A stretch of 64,000 nucleotides of DNA from an uncultured Thermoplasmata archaeon (GTDB taxonomy: Archaea > Thermoplasmatota > Thermoplasmata > Lutacidiplasmatales > UBA184), in NCBI GenBank assembly GCA_963730815.1, contig CAVSTD010000001.1, forward strand, positions 147,941 through 211,940, given 5' to 3'. Both the position numbers and the translations under genes were made by a program. This document shows, piece by piece, positions 8,283 to 16,780 of the stretch. The notes under the pieces are model-generated. The model had not been told where the DNA came from and searched no databases. It saw only the letters and a list, made by a program, of their open reading frames with translations. How positions within the stretch are numbered: position 1 is the stretch's first letter; each line of letters opens with the position of its first letter.

Positions 8283-9479
8283 CTAGAAGACCGAAAGCTT
8301 GCCGGTGAGCAGGAGGCGGGGGATCGAGTCGATCTCGTCGAACCATTTCTGGGCGACGGCCTCGGCATTCGGCTTCACCTTCGCGAGCTTGACCCCGTTG
8401 GCGGTCAGGATCTGTAGGCTCGCCACCTGCGGCTGGTCGACGGGTTTCCCGATCTGGGAGAGGATCCGGACATGGACCTCCCGGACGTCGCCTCCGGCTT
8501 CCTTCACGATGTCGTTCGCGATGAGGTTGCCGAGCAAGTTGTAGATCTTCCCGACATGGTTGACCGGGTTCTTCCCGGCCGATGCCTCGAGGCTCATCGG
8601 GCGGCAGGGGGTGATCAGCCCGTTCGCGCGGTTTCCCCGTCCGACCGACCCATCGTCCCCGGCTTCCATCGAGCAGCCGGTGACCGTGAGGTAGTAGCGG
8701 CCGAGCTCCGGGTCGTCCGCGGTGTTGACGTCGATCGTGACGTTGCGGCGGGTCAGCTTCGCCGCCTGGTCGGCGAGCTTGTCGTGGATCTCCTCGCAGA
8801 CGGCGGCATATTCGTGACCGTCCTTGATCTCGCTGTCGACGAGCGCCGCGGCGACCGTCAGGTGAATGTCCTCGTCCTGGCGGTAGCCCATGACCTTGAC
8901 GTCCTCCCCGAGGGCGGGGAGCTTCTTCTTGAGTTTCAGGGTGAGGAACTTCTCGCTCTCGAGGACGAGGCGCTCGGTGTCGGAGAGGGGGGCGAAACCG
9001 ACCCCGAACGACGTGTCGTTCGAGAGGACCGTCTTCTGCTCGAACACGCCGCGCAGGTCGACCGACCCCTGGCCGATCTTGCAGTCGAACTCGACCTGGC
9101 TGTCGGTGTCGATGTGCGCGCAGACGGACCCGACGTACTTCTTGGCGGCCTCGACGGCGACGTCCCGGTACGGCAGTTTCTCGCCGTTCACTTCGGTCGT
9201 GGCCCGTCCGACCAAAAGGATGTAGATCGGGCTCGTGACGCGGCCGCCGCCGAACTTCGGTTCGGAGGCTCCGCCCACGACTTGGGTCTCGTCGGTGTTG
9301 TGGTGCAGGATCTTGCCGAATTCGTCGAGGTACAAACGACAGAGCGCTCGACTTACCGATTCCGAGACCCCGTCCGCAATCGAATCGGGGTGCCCGAGCC
9401 CCTTGCGCTCCACCAACTCGATCTCTTGTTCTTCGATGTGGACGGTGCGGAGCGGCTCGACCTGGATGTTGCGGGCCAT
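8283..9479 (-). CDS. metK: archaeal-type S-adenosylmethionine synthetase
   Basis: 398 aa. [10 protein letters not shown]...[15 protein letters not shown]...[12 protein letters not shown] is typical of archaeal MAT. Confidence 0.95.
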   Translation of the reverse strand: MARNIQVEPLRTVHIEEQEIELVERKGLGHPDSIADGVSESVSRALCRLYLDEFGKILHHNTDETQVVGGASEPKFGGGRVTSPIYILLVGRATTEVNGEKLPYRDVAVEAAKKYVGSVCAHIDTDSQVEFDCKIGQGSVDLRGVFEQKTVLSNDTSFGVGFAPLSDTERLVLESEKFLTLKLKKKLPALGEDVKVMGYRQDEDIHLTVAAALVDSEIKDGHEYAAVCEEIHDKLADQAAKLTRRNVTIDVNTADDPELGRYYLTVTGCSMEAGDDGSVGRGNRANGLITPCRPMSLEASAGKNPVNHVGKIYNLLGNLIANDIVKEAGGDVREVHVRILSQIGKPVDQPQVASLQILTANGVKLAKVKPNAEAVAQKWFDEIDSIPRLLLTGKLSVF

Positions 9480-9561
9480 GCGGAATTCCTTCGGTCGGCG
9501 GAGCCGGGGGTGGGTTTAAGGGTTGCGCGAGCGGCGGAACTAGAAACGGTCGACCGGCCCG

Positions 9562-11106
9562 TCAGGGGTTGTGTCCGGCGAAAACCGCCTTCGCCATGTG
9601 CGCTCCCGCCCGTTCGTACCCGAGGCGGCGGTAGTACTCGCGGGTGCCTACCGCGCTCGTCACATAGATGCGGGGAAAGCCGTCGGCCCGGATGCGCTCT
9701 TCCGCCGCGGCAATCAGCGCCCGACCGAACCCCCGGTGCTGGTATTCGCTCGGCCGGGTCCCCTCCTGACCGATGGCGACCTCGCTTCCGACGACCTTCA
9801 ACTCGCGTATGACGGGCATTTCGAGCCCCCCCGGGGTCCCTTCCGAGGGGAAACGAAGCCGCAAGAACCCGGCCACGGTGTCCGTGGAAGCGTCTTCCCA
9901 CGCGTAGAAGACCTCCCGGCCGCCCGCGGCCTCATACTCGGTCTCGGTCATCTGGAATGCATCGACCGGAGGGGTCGCCCTCCGACCCGCTTCCCGACAG
10001 CGAAGGCATCGACAGCGGCCCCCCTCCGAACGGAGACGGTCGATCGCCTTCTCGCGAAGGTTGCTGGCCCGGACGCCCGCCGCGATGAGTCGCGCGGGAA
10101 TGTCCCGTTGGATCCGTTGGATGCGGACCCAAGGAGGGAGCCGTCGCTTCATCCGGGCAAGAAGCTCGGAGGCCGTCGCGGTGTCGTACGGTTCGTAGCG
10201 ACCCGCTTTCCAATCCTCGTAGAGGGGGGTTCCCGCCAGAACGAGGGTCGGATAGACCTTGAGAAGATCCGGCCGGTAGTCGGGGTCGTCCCACAGCCGC
10301 TCGAAGTCGGCGAGGTCCGACTCCGGATTCATTCCCGGAAGACCGAGCATGAGGTGGTAACAGACTTTGAGACCGCGGTCGCGCGCTTCGCGCGTCGCGC
10401 GGGCCACATCTCCCGTAGAGTGAGCCCGGCCGACCGCCGCGAGCACGTCGTCGTGAAGACACTCGACTCCCACCTCGACCCGGGTCACCCCGGCGCTCAG
10501 GAGGAAGGGAAGGACGCGCTCGTCACACCAGTCCGGTCGGGTCTCGACAGTCAGTCCGACCACCCGATGGATCGCGACCTCGTTCTGGGCTTGCGCGTCC
10601 GAGAGCGAGGTGGACGAGGTCCCGTTGAGACCGTCGTAGATCCCTTGGAGGACCTCCTCCTGGTAACTGCGGGGCCGGGAGGGGAAGGTCCCTCCCATGA
10701 CGATGACCTCGACCTTCGAAGTGGGGTGCCCGATCGCCTCCAGCGTCTCGATACGATGCCGAGCGATAGCTCGGGCGTCCCAGTGGAACTGGGCCCCCCG
10801 CAACGCCGAGGGCTCCTCACCGGTGTAGCTCTGGGGACTGCCGTTCTCGAGACCTCCCGGGCAGTACGTGCAGCGTCCGTGCGGACAACGGGCCGGTGCG
10901 GTCATCACCGCGACGATCGCGACGCCCGAAAGAGTTCGGGACGGCTTTCGCCGCACCATTCCATCGTATCGGGACCGTTCGGAGGGCGGAAGGGACGCGA
11001 TCCAATCGACGTTGGAGGGGAGCGCGCCCCCCGGACCGGTTCGCATCCCCGCGAGCTTCGCGCGGTGGATCTCTTCCGGCGTCGGGAGCGCTACCGACGG
11101 CGCCAC
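9562..11106 (-). CDS. elp3: tRNA uridine(34) modification radical-SAM/acetyltransferase Elp3
   Basis: 514 aa. Radical-SAM region CPHGRCTYCPGG with a C-terminal GNAT domain (HRGFGRALIAAAE). Confidence 0.9.
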   Translation of the reverse strand: MAPSVALPTPEEIHRAKLAGMRTGPGGALPSNVDWIASLPPSERSRYDGMVRRKPSRTLSGVAIVAVMTAPARCPHGRCTYCPGGLENGSPQSYTGEEPSALRGAQFHWDARAIARHRIETLEAIGHPTSKVEVIVMGGTFPSRPRSYQEEVLQGIYDGLNGTSSTSLSDAQAQNEVAIHRVVGLTVETRPDWCDERVLPFLLSAGVTRVEVGVECLHDDVLAAVGRAHSTGDVARATREARDRGLKVCYHLMLGLPGMNPESDLADFERLWDDPDYRPDLLKVYPTLVLAGTPLYEDWKAGRYEPYDTATASELLARMKRRLPPWVRIQRIQRDIPARLIAAGVRASNLREKAIDRLRSEGGRCRCLRCREAGRRATPPVDAFQMTETEYEAAGGREVFYAWEDASTDTVAGFLRLRFPSEGTPGGLEMPVIRELKVVGSEVAIGQEGTRPSEYQHRGFGRALIAAAEERIRADGFPRIYVTSAVGTREYYRRLGYERAGAHMAKAVFAGHNP

Positions 11107-12140
11107 AGGCGGCTCTCTCCGGTGAGGAGGTAGGGGGTCTTCTGTAGGTCCGCGACCGTTCTCGAACCCGTGAGGAACATGGCGACCTTGAGCTCGTGCA
11201 CGAGGAACTCGAGCTCCTTGCGGGTCGTGAGATAGTCGGTGGCGGCGGCGCGCAGCATCCCTCCCGCGGTCCCGGCGGCGGTGGCCCCCAAGGCGAGTGC
11301 CCGCGCGACGTCGAGACCCGAACGTACCCCTCCGCTCGCGACCACCGGAATGCCGAGGGGCACGAGTTCAAGGACCGAGATCGGAGAGGGGATCCCCCAG
11401 TCCCAGAAGGTCTTCCCGACGCGCGCCTCCCGCTCGGCGCCCTGATCGAGCGCGCGGTAGTACTCCACGGCAGCGAACGAGGTTCCTCCTGTACCGCTCA
11501 CATCGAACGCCTTCACAGACCGGGCCCGCAGCTCTTCGGCGACCTCCCGCGAGATACCGGCCCCGGTTTCCTTGACGAGGACCGGGAACCGAGCGGCCAG
11601 CTCTCCGATCCGCTCGAGGCACCCCTTCGCGCGGCGGTCGCCCTCGGGCTGGACCATCTCCTGGAGGAAGTTCAGGTGGATCGCGAGGACGTCGGCGTGG
11701 ATCAGGTCCATCGCCGCGCGGACATCCTCGGGACCCACGACCCGGTCGCCGGGTTTTTGGGGGATGATCTGCGGAGCCCCGATGTTCGCGAACTTGAGGG
11801 GGACGGCATGGTCCGCCACGCACGAGTAGCTCTCCGGGTACTGCCCCTTCAGGATCGCGGCCCGCTCGCTCCCGACCCCCATCGCGACCCCCACTTCGGT
11901 CGCTGCGCGCGCGAGGTTGTCGTTGATTTTCACCGCGTCCGGAAAGCCTCCGGTCATGCCGGTGATGACGATCGGTGCCGCCAAGCGGTGACCGAGCAGA
12001 GTGACGGAGGTGTCGATTTCCTCGAAATCGACCTCGGGCAGGGCCCGATGAATGAGCTGGACGTCGTTCCAGAAGCGATACCGTCCGTCGACGTCCTTTC
12101 CCAATACGACCTTGACGTGCTCGGCCTTGCGGTGGCTCAA
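11091..12140 (-). CDS. fni: type 2 isopentenyl-diphosphate delta-isomerase
   Basis: ITGMTGG, VKETGAGIS, SGGVRSGLDVARALALGA. ORF 11091..12236 trimmed to TTG 12140 (MSHRKAEHV), which has GGAGG 7 nt upstream and removes the overlap with the upstream kinase. Confidence 0.9.
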   Translation of the reverse strand: MSHRKAEHVKVVLGKDVDGRYRFWNDVQLIHRALPEVDFEEIDTSVTLLGHRLAAPIVITGMTGGFPDAVKINDNLARAATEVGVAMGVGSERAAILKGQYPESYSCVADHAVPLKFANIGAPQIIPQKPGDRVVGPEDVRAAMDLIHADVLAIHLNFLQEMVQPEGDRRAKGCLERIGELAARFPVLVKETGAGISREVAEELRARSVKAFDVSGTGGTSFAAVEYYRALDQGAEREARVGKTFWDWGIPSPISVLELVPLGIPVVASGGVRSGLDVARALALGATAAGTAGGMLRAAATDYLTTRKELEFLVHELKVAMFLTGSRTVADLQKTPYLLTGESRLWRRR

Positions 12141-12165
12141 GTCAAGACCTCCCGGCTCCGAAGGA

Positions 12166-12984
12166 TCAGGAGGATCTCCCACGAGCCCAGCTCCCGAACT
12201 CCGTTCCGCCGCGAATCGCACGCGAGACCGCTCCATCCGAGAGTCCGCTAATAAGACCTGCGTCAGCGCCGGCGGCGGCGATGGCGAGCATCGCCGTCGC
12301 CTTGCCCCGGATCCCTCCGGTTACGTCGGCCATTCCCGAGGGGGGGCGAAGTCCCGCCACGGTTTCCTCGGTAACGTTTCGCACGACCGAGCGCCGGCCC
12401 CCGGGCGGTCCCTCGAGGATACCTTCGACGTCGCTCACGAAGACCACTCGTTCGGCTCCCAGTGCCGGAACGAGGGCGAGAGCGATCGTGTCGGCGCTCA
12501 GAATGGAAGAACCCCACGCTTCGTCGGGTACGACATCTCCGAACGATACCGGTAGAGACCCTCCACTGAGGGCCGCGCTCACCGGCGTGGGGTCCAGGTG
12601 AACGAGCTCCCCGGCCCGATTCCGGGCGTGGGTCGACATCGGCACGGAGAACGGGGAGGCGCCCGCCCGGACGAGTTCCCGAACGACGGCGAGGTGCAGA
12701 CGACGTACCTCCGACGCCACGATGGCGGCGCCCCGAGTGCGCTCGGCTCCCGAGCTCCCCTTCCCCGGCGGTAGCGCGAGGCCGAAGCGCTTCGCGCCCG
12801 GGTGTCCGAACGACCCCGCTCCATGCAACAGGACCACCCGTCGGTCTCGGATGTCAGCGACCTCCCGAGCCAGGCGGGCCAGGACCTTCGGACGAAGCTT
12901 CTCGACCTCTCGCTTGCGGGTGATCACGCTTCCGCCGAGCTTGACGATGACGATCGGGGCCGAGAGGGGGGGCGCACGCACCAT
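12166..12984 (-). CDS. ipk: isopentenyl phosphate kinase (amino-acid-kinase fold)
   Basis: IVIVKLGGSVITRK and LLHGAGSFGH motifs. Start at ATG 12984 (MVRAPP). Confidence 0.8.
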   Translation of the reverse strand: MVRAPPLSAPIVIVKLGGSVITRKREVEKLRPKVLARLAREVADIRDRRVVLLHGAGSFGHPGAKRFGLALPPGKGSSGAERTRGAAIVASEVRRLHLAVVRELVRAGASPFSVPMSTHARNRAGELVHLDPTPVSAALSGGSLPVSFGDVVPDEAWGSSILSADTIALALVPALGAERVVFVSDVEGILEGPPGGRRSVVRNVTEETVAGLRPPSGMADVTGGIRGKATAMLAIAAAGADAGLISGLSDGAVSRAIRGGTEFGSWARGRSS

Positions 12985-13000
12985 CCCGAGGGTCCCGGTC

Positions 13001-13222
13001 TCACGCCCGATCCGGACCGGTCCCGCGGGTGAACAACATGTACCCACCGAGAACGGTCGGAATCACCGAGGCGAAGTACAGCCACTGAAAGGTCACGAGC
13101 CAGTAGGCCATTCCGGCGAGACCCAAGCCGATCAGCACCGCGGCGAGGACCAGAAACGGGATCGAGACGGAGCTCCCGACCGAAGTGTGGACGGAATCTC
13201 CTTCCGATCGGTATTCGGACAT
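13001..13222 (-). CDS. small membrane protein (2 predicted TM helices)
   Basis: 73-aa ORF with hydrophobic stretches IPFLVLAAVLIGLGLAGMAYWLV and FASVIPTVLGGYMLF. No recognisable family. Confidence 0.45.
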   Translation of the reverse strand: MSEYRSEGDSVHTSVGSSVSIPFLVLAAVLIGLGLAGMAYWLVTFQWLYFASVIPTVLGGYMLFTRGTGPDRA

Positions 13223-13264
13223 CGTCGGAGCGACAGCGGAGCCCCTTCAAATGGATTCGGTCGA

Positions 13265-13325
13265 GCGAAACCGCTACTCCGGAGCGGTTCGACGGGTTTC
13301 GACGCGATCGACGGCCTCTCCGGAG
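13265..13325. repeat. cluster of short repeats upstream of orc1/cdc6
   Basis: Palindrome CTCCGGAG twice (13277-13284, 13318-13325). GCGAAACC (13265-13272) is inverted relative to GGTTCGAC/GGTTTCGAC (13286-13293, 13295-13303). Confidence 0.5.
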
Positions 13326-13347
13326 CTCGTCGCGGCAAAAGGTACAT

Positions 13348-14835
13348 ATGGCATGCCCTCCTCGCACCCGCCGCCCGAGGCCCGGGCAGGCTTCGACGGT
13401 GTCACCTGCTACCGAAAACCGGCCGGTCGACGCGCCGGAACCAATCGAACCCACCCGAGCGACGAATCCGGCGGTCGCGCCCGTCAGTGACCGCCGCCCG
13501 GGCGCGGACAGTACGGGGGTACCGGTGCCGGTACCTTCGACGTCCGCGCCCGGGAACAACCCTCCCTCGACCGGCGGGATCCTCGACTCCATCTTCTCCT
13601 CGAAGAGCGAGCTGTTCCGCGGCAGCCGCGAGGTGCTGAGGGACTCGTACGTCCCGAGCCGCCTCCCCCACCGAGAACAACAGATCCGTCAGGTCGCCGA
13701 GATCCTCGGACCCGCGCTGCGCGGTGACCTCCCGTCCAATCTGCTCATCTACGGCAAGATCGGAACCGGCAAGACGGCGGTCGTCGCCCAAGTTCGCCAA
13801 GACATTCAACGCCGAACCGACTTCTCCGCGCACATCTCCTTCGTCACCGTGAACTGCGGGAACATCGATACCCCGTACAGTCTTCTCCAGACGATCGGCA
13901 ACACCTTCGCGAAGAACGAGGCCGAGCGGATACCGACCGGCTGGTCCCTCGACCGAGTCCAGGCCGGGATGCGCCGCTTGATGGACACCAAGGGAGGCAT
14001 CCTCCTGCTCGTCCTCGACGAGGTGGACCGGCTCGTGGCCCGCAGCGGCGACAACGTCCTCTACACGCTGAGTCAGATCAACACCGAGCTCGACGAGGCC
14101 CGCCTCGCCATCATCGGCGTCTCGAACGACCTCAAGTTCACGAACCATCTGGACGCACGGGTTCGGAGCCGCCTCAACGAGGAGAAGATCCTCTTCCCGC
14201 CCTACGACGCGACGCAGCTGCAGGACATCCTGCGCGACCGAGCGCACGAGGCGTTCCGCGACGGGGTGGTCGACCCGGGCGTCGTCGAGCGATGCGCGGC
14301 GTACGCGGCGCTCGAGAACGGAGACGCCCGTCGCGCGCTCGCCCTGCTGCGCCTCTCCGCCGAAATGGCCGAACGCGACCACGCGAAGCGGATCACGCCC
14401 GACCACGTGGTGAAGGCGAAGAACCGCCTGGAGCAGGACATCATCATCGATTGCTGCCGAACCCTTCCTCCCCACTGCAAGGTCCTGCTCTACGCGATCC
14501 TCCAGTCGTTCGAGCGCCGCCGCAACGGGGTGCTGACGGGAGAAGTGTACGACAGCTACCGCCGTCTCGCCGAGCGGCTGGGTCTCCAGCCCCTGCACGC
14601 TCGGTCGATCTCGAACTACGTGTCGGAACTCGAGTCGCTCGGCCTGATCCGCGCGACCATCGTCTCGCGAGGGCGGGGCGGCCGTACCCGGGAGATCATC
14701 GTCGATGTGCCGATCTCCGAGACGATGCCGGCCCTCGAGGAGGACCCGCTCATTGCCCCAGTCGGGCGCCCGAAGTCCCGGGGCCAAATGTTGCTCACCA
14801 ACTTTGACAACCCGGCGCGGACCGGACCGTTCTAA
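13348..14835 (+). CDS. orc1: Orc1/Cdc6 replication initiation protein
   Basis: Walker A IYGKIGTGKTAV, Walker B LLVLDEVD and a C-terminal winged helix. About 90 aa of low-complexity N-terminus, so the true start may be an internal GTG (e.g. 13399). Confidence 0.9.
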   Translation: MACPPRTRRPRPGQASTVSPATENRPVDAPEPIEPTRATNPAVAPVSDRRPGADSTGVPVPVPSTSAPGNNPPSTGGILDSIFSSKSELFRGSREVLRDSYVPSRLPHREQQIRQVAEILGPALRGDLPSNLLIYGKIGTGKTAVVAQVRQDIQRRTDFSAHISFVTVNCGNIDTPYSLLQTIGNTFAKNEAERIPTGWSLDRVQAGMRRLMDTKGGILLLVLDEVDRLVARSGDNVLYTLSQINTELDEARLAIIGVSNDLKFTNHLDARVRSRLNEEKILFPPYDATQLQDILRDRAHEAFRDGVVDPGVVERCAAYAALENGDARRALALLRLSAEMAERDHAKRITPDHVVKAKNRLEQDIIIDCCRTLPPHCKVLLYAILQSFERRRNGVLTGEVYDSYRRLAERLGLQPLHARSISNYVSELESLGLIRATIVSRGRGGRTREIIVDVPISETMPALEEDPLIAPVGRPKSRGQMLLTNFDNPARTGPF

Positions 14836-15105
14836 CGTCCCGGCCCGACTCTTGCGGCGCGGAGAATCAAGCTCGCTCGCGCTCGCTCAGGGTTCGGAGG
14901 GCGAAGCCTCGACCGAGATCGAAGAGGCGGTCGAGATCATCTCGCTCGCGCGCGCGGCGCGGCGGGCCCGCTCCTTGCGAAGCTCCCGGAGGTCCTTGTC
15001 GATATCCTTCAGCTCCGCGCTCGCCCGGCGCAAACGGACTCGACCGATGCGCTCGAGCGCCACGATCTCGCGGTCGAGCTGCTCGTCGCTCGGCGCGGTA
15101 GGGAC

Positions 15106-16602
15106 TCATGTCAATGACCCGGTATCGATCTGGGCCTTTTGGAGTTTCGCCGAGAAGTCGATGAAGACCGTCTTGATTTCGGTGAATTCCTCGATCGCGA
15201 CGCTGCCCGCTTCCCGGCCCCCGTTGCCGGTGTTCTTGACTCCACCGAACGGGAGTTGGACCTCCGCCCCGATCGTGGGCGCGTTGATGTACGTGATCCC
15301 GGCCTCGAGGTCGTGGATCGCTCGGAAAGCGCGGTTGACGTCCCGGGTGTAGATGGACGAGGAGAGTCCGTAGTCGACGTCGTTCGCGACCCGTACCGCC
15401 TCCTCGTAATCGTTCACGCGGATCACCGAGAGCACGGGTCCGAAGATCTCCTCCTTCGAGATCCGGGTCCCGTGCTTCGTCTCGAAGATCGTCGGCTCCA
15501 GGAAGAACCCGCGGTCGTACGCGCCCCCGGTGAGCTTGTGGCCGCCGTACCGCAGCTTCGCCTCCTTCTTCCCGAGCTCGATGTACTCGAGGATCTTTCG
15601 TTCCTGGTCGGCGGAAGCGACAGGCCCCATGCCGGTCTTCGGGTCGAGCGGGTCGCCGACCGTGAAGTGGTCCAAACGGTCGGTCAACATCCCGAGAAAC
15701 TGGTCGTAGACCTTCGCATGCACGATCAATCGGCTGGTCGCGGTGCACCGCTGGCCCGCCGTGCCGAACGCTCCGAAGAGCACCCCATCGAGCGCGAGCG
15801 GTAGGTCCGCGTCCTCCATGAGGATGACCGGATTCTTTCCGCCGAGCTCGAGGTGCACCATCTTGAGCCCCTGGGCCCCCCGGACATAGACGTCCCGGCC
15901 GGCTTCGACCCCGCCGGTGAACGAGACGGTTCGGATCCGCGGGTCCGCCACGAGGGCGTTCCCGACGACCCCTCCGGAACCGGTGACGAAGTTGAGGACG
16001 CCCGGCGGGATCCCCGCGGCCTCGTAGAGTCGGATGACCTCCGCTCCGCATCGGGCCGTGCTCGAAGCCGGTTTGAACACGATCGTGTTCCCCGTGACGA
16101 GCGCGGCGGCGATCTTCCAGTTCGGTATCGCCGTGGGGAAGTTCCAGGGTGTGATGCACGCGACGACCCCCTTGGGTTGGCGGACCGTCATACAGAACTT
16201 GGAACGCAGCTCGGAGGGGACGGTCTCGCCCGCGAGGCGGCGTCCCTCAGCTGCCATGTACTCGATGAAATCGATGGACTCCTGAACGTCGCCGAGGCCC
16301 TCGCTGATCACCTTGCCCATCTCGAGCGTGACGGTCCGCCCCAACGCCGGCTTCGCGGCCCGCATCCTCCGAGCGACCTCGAGGAGGAGGTCGCCCCGCT
16401 TCGGGGCCGGCGTGTCCCGCCAGGAGGGGAAGGCCTTCGCGGCGGCCGAGACCGCCGCGTCGACGTCCGCCGCCGTGCCGGCCACGAACGACCCGACCGG
16501 TTCCCGGGTCGCGGGATTGACGGTCTCGAATCGCTTCGCGCGAGCGGGAACTACCCACTTTCCGTGGATGAAGTGACCGAATTCCTCGACTCCTGTCGTC
16601 AT
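15106..16602 (-). CDS. NAD(P)-dependent aldehyde dehydrogenase
   Basis: 498 aa. ITPWNFP, ELGGKNP, GQRCTATSR catalytic-Cys region. Confidence 0.9.
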   Translation of the reverse strand: MTTGVEEFGHFIHGKWVVPARAKRFETVNPATREPVGSFVAGTAADVDAAVSAAAKAFPSWRDTPAPKRGDLLLEVARRMRAAKPALGRTVTLEMGKVISEGLGDVQESIDFIEYMAAEGRRLAGETVPSELRSKFCMTVRQPKGVVACITPWNFPTAIPNWKIAAALVTGNTIVFKPASSTARCGAEVIRLYEAAGIPPGVLNFVTGSGGVVGNALVADPRIRTVSFTGGVEAGRDVYVRGAQGLKMVHLELGGKNPVILMEDADLPLALDGVLFGAFGTAGQRCTATSRLIVHAKVYDQFLGMLTDRLDHFTVGDPLDPKTGMGPVASADQERKILEYIELGKKEAKLRYGGHKLTGGAYDRGFFLEPTIFETKHGTRISKEEIFGPVLSVIRVNDYEEAVRVANDVDYGLSSSIYTRDVNRAFRAIHDLEAGITYINAPTIGAEVQLPFGGVKNTGNGGREAGSVAIEEFTEIKTVFIDFSAKLQKAQIDTGSLT

Positions 16603-16780
16603 CTTCCCTCGGCTGTTGGTAAGCAGAGCCAGACGGGTAAAAGGGTGCCGGAGGACGCCGCCCCGCCGGACTCAATTCGTCGGCGATGTTCGAACGATGG
16701 GCGATTCCCAGAGCTCGCGTCCGTTCTAGAGCGAAGCCGCTTAGGCACGTCGGTCGCTGGGTCGACCGAGGGAGGTCAGG

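Noticed and set aside
13223-13347. Calling the orc1 upstream spacer a replication origin (oriC).
   Set aside because: The spacer is only 125 nt, has no extended AT-rich unwinding element and has no long ORB-type repeats. The repeats are reported as an observation, but an origin call is not supported from this window alone.
15106-15108. TGA of the aldehyde dehydrogenase as selenocysteine or programmed read-through, because the frame stays open for 72 codons.
   Set aside because: The ALDH is full length at the TGA. I see no SECIS-like structure, and open frames of this length are common at this GC content.
15853-16780. The N-terminal 300 aa of the 897-aa ORF that contains the helicase.
   Set aside because: This part is antisense to the aldehyde dehydrogenase and junk-like. 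The helicase N-terminus is found in another frame from GTG 16781.
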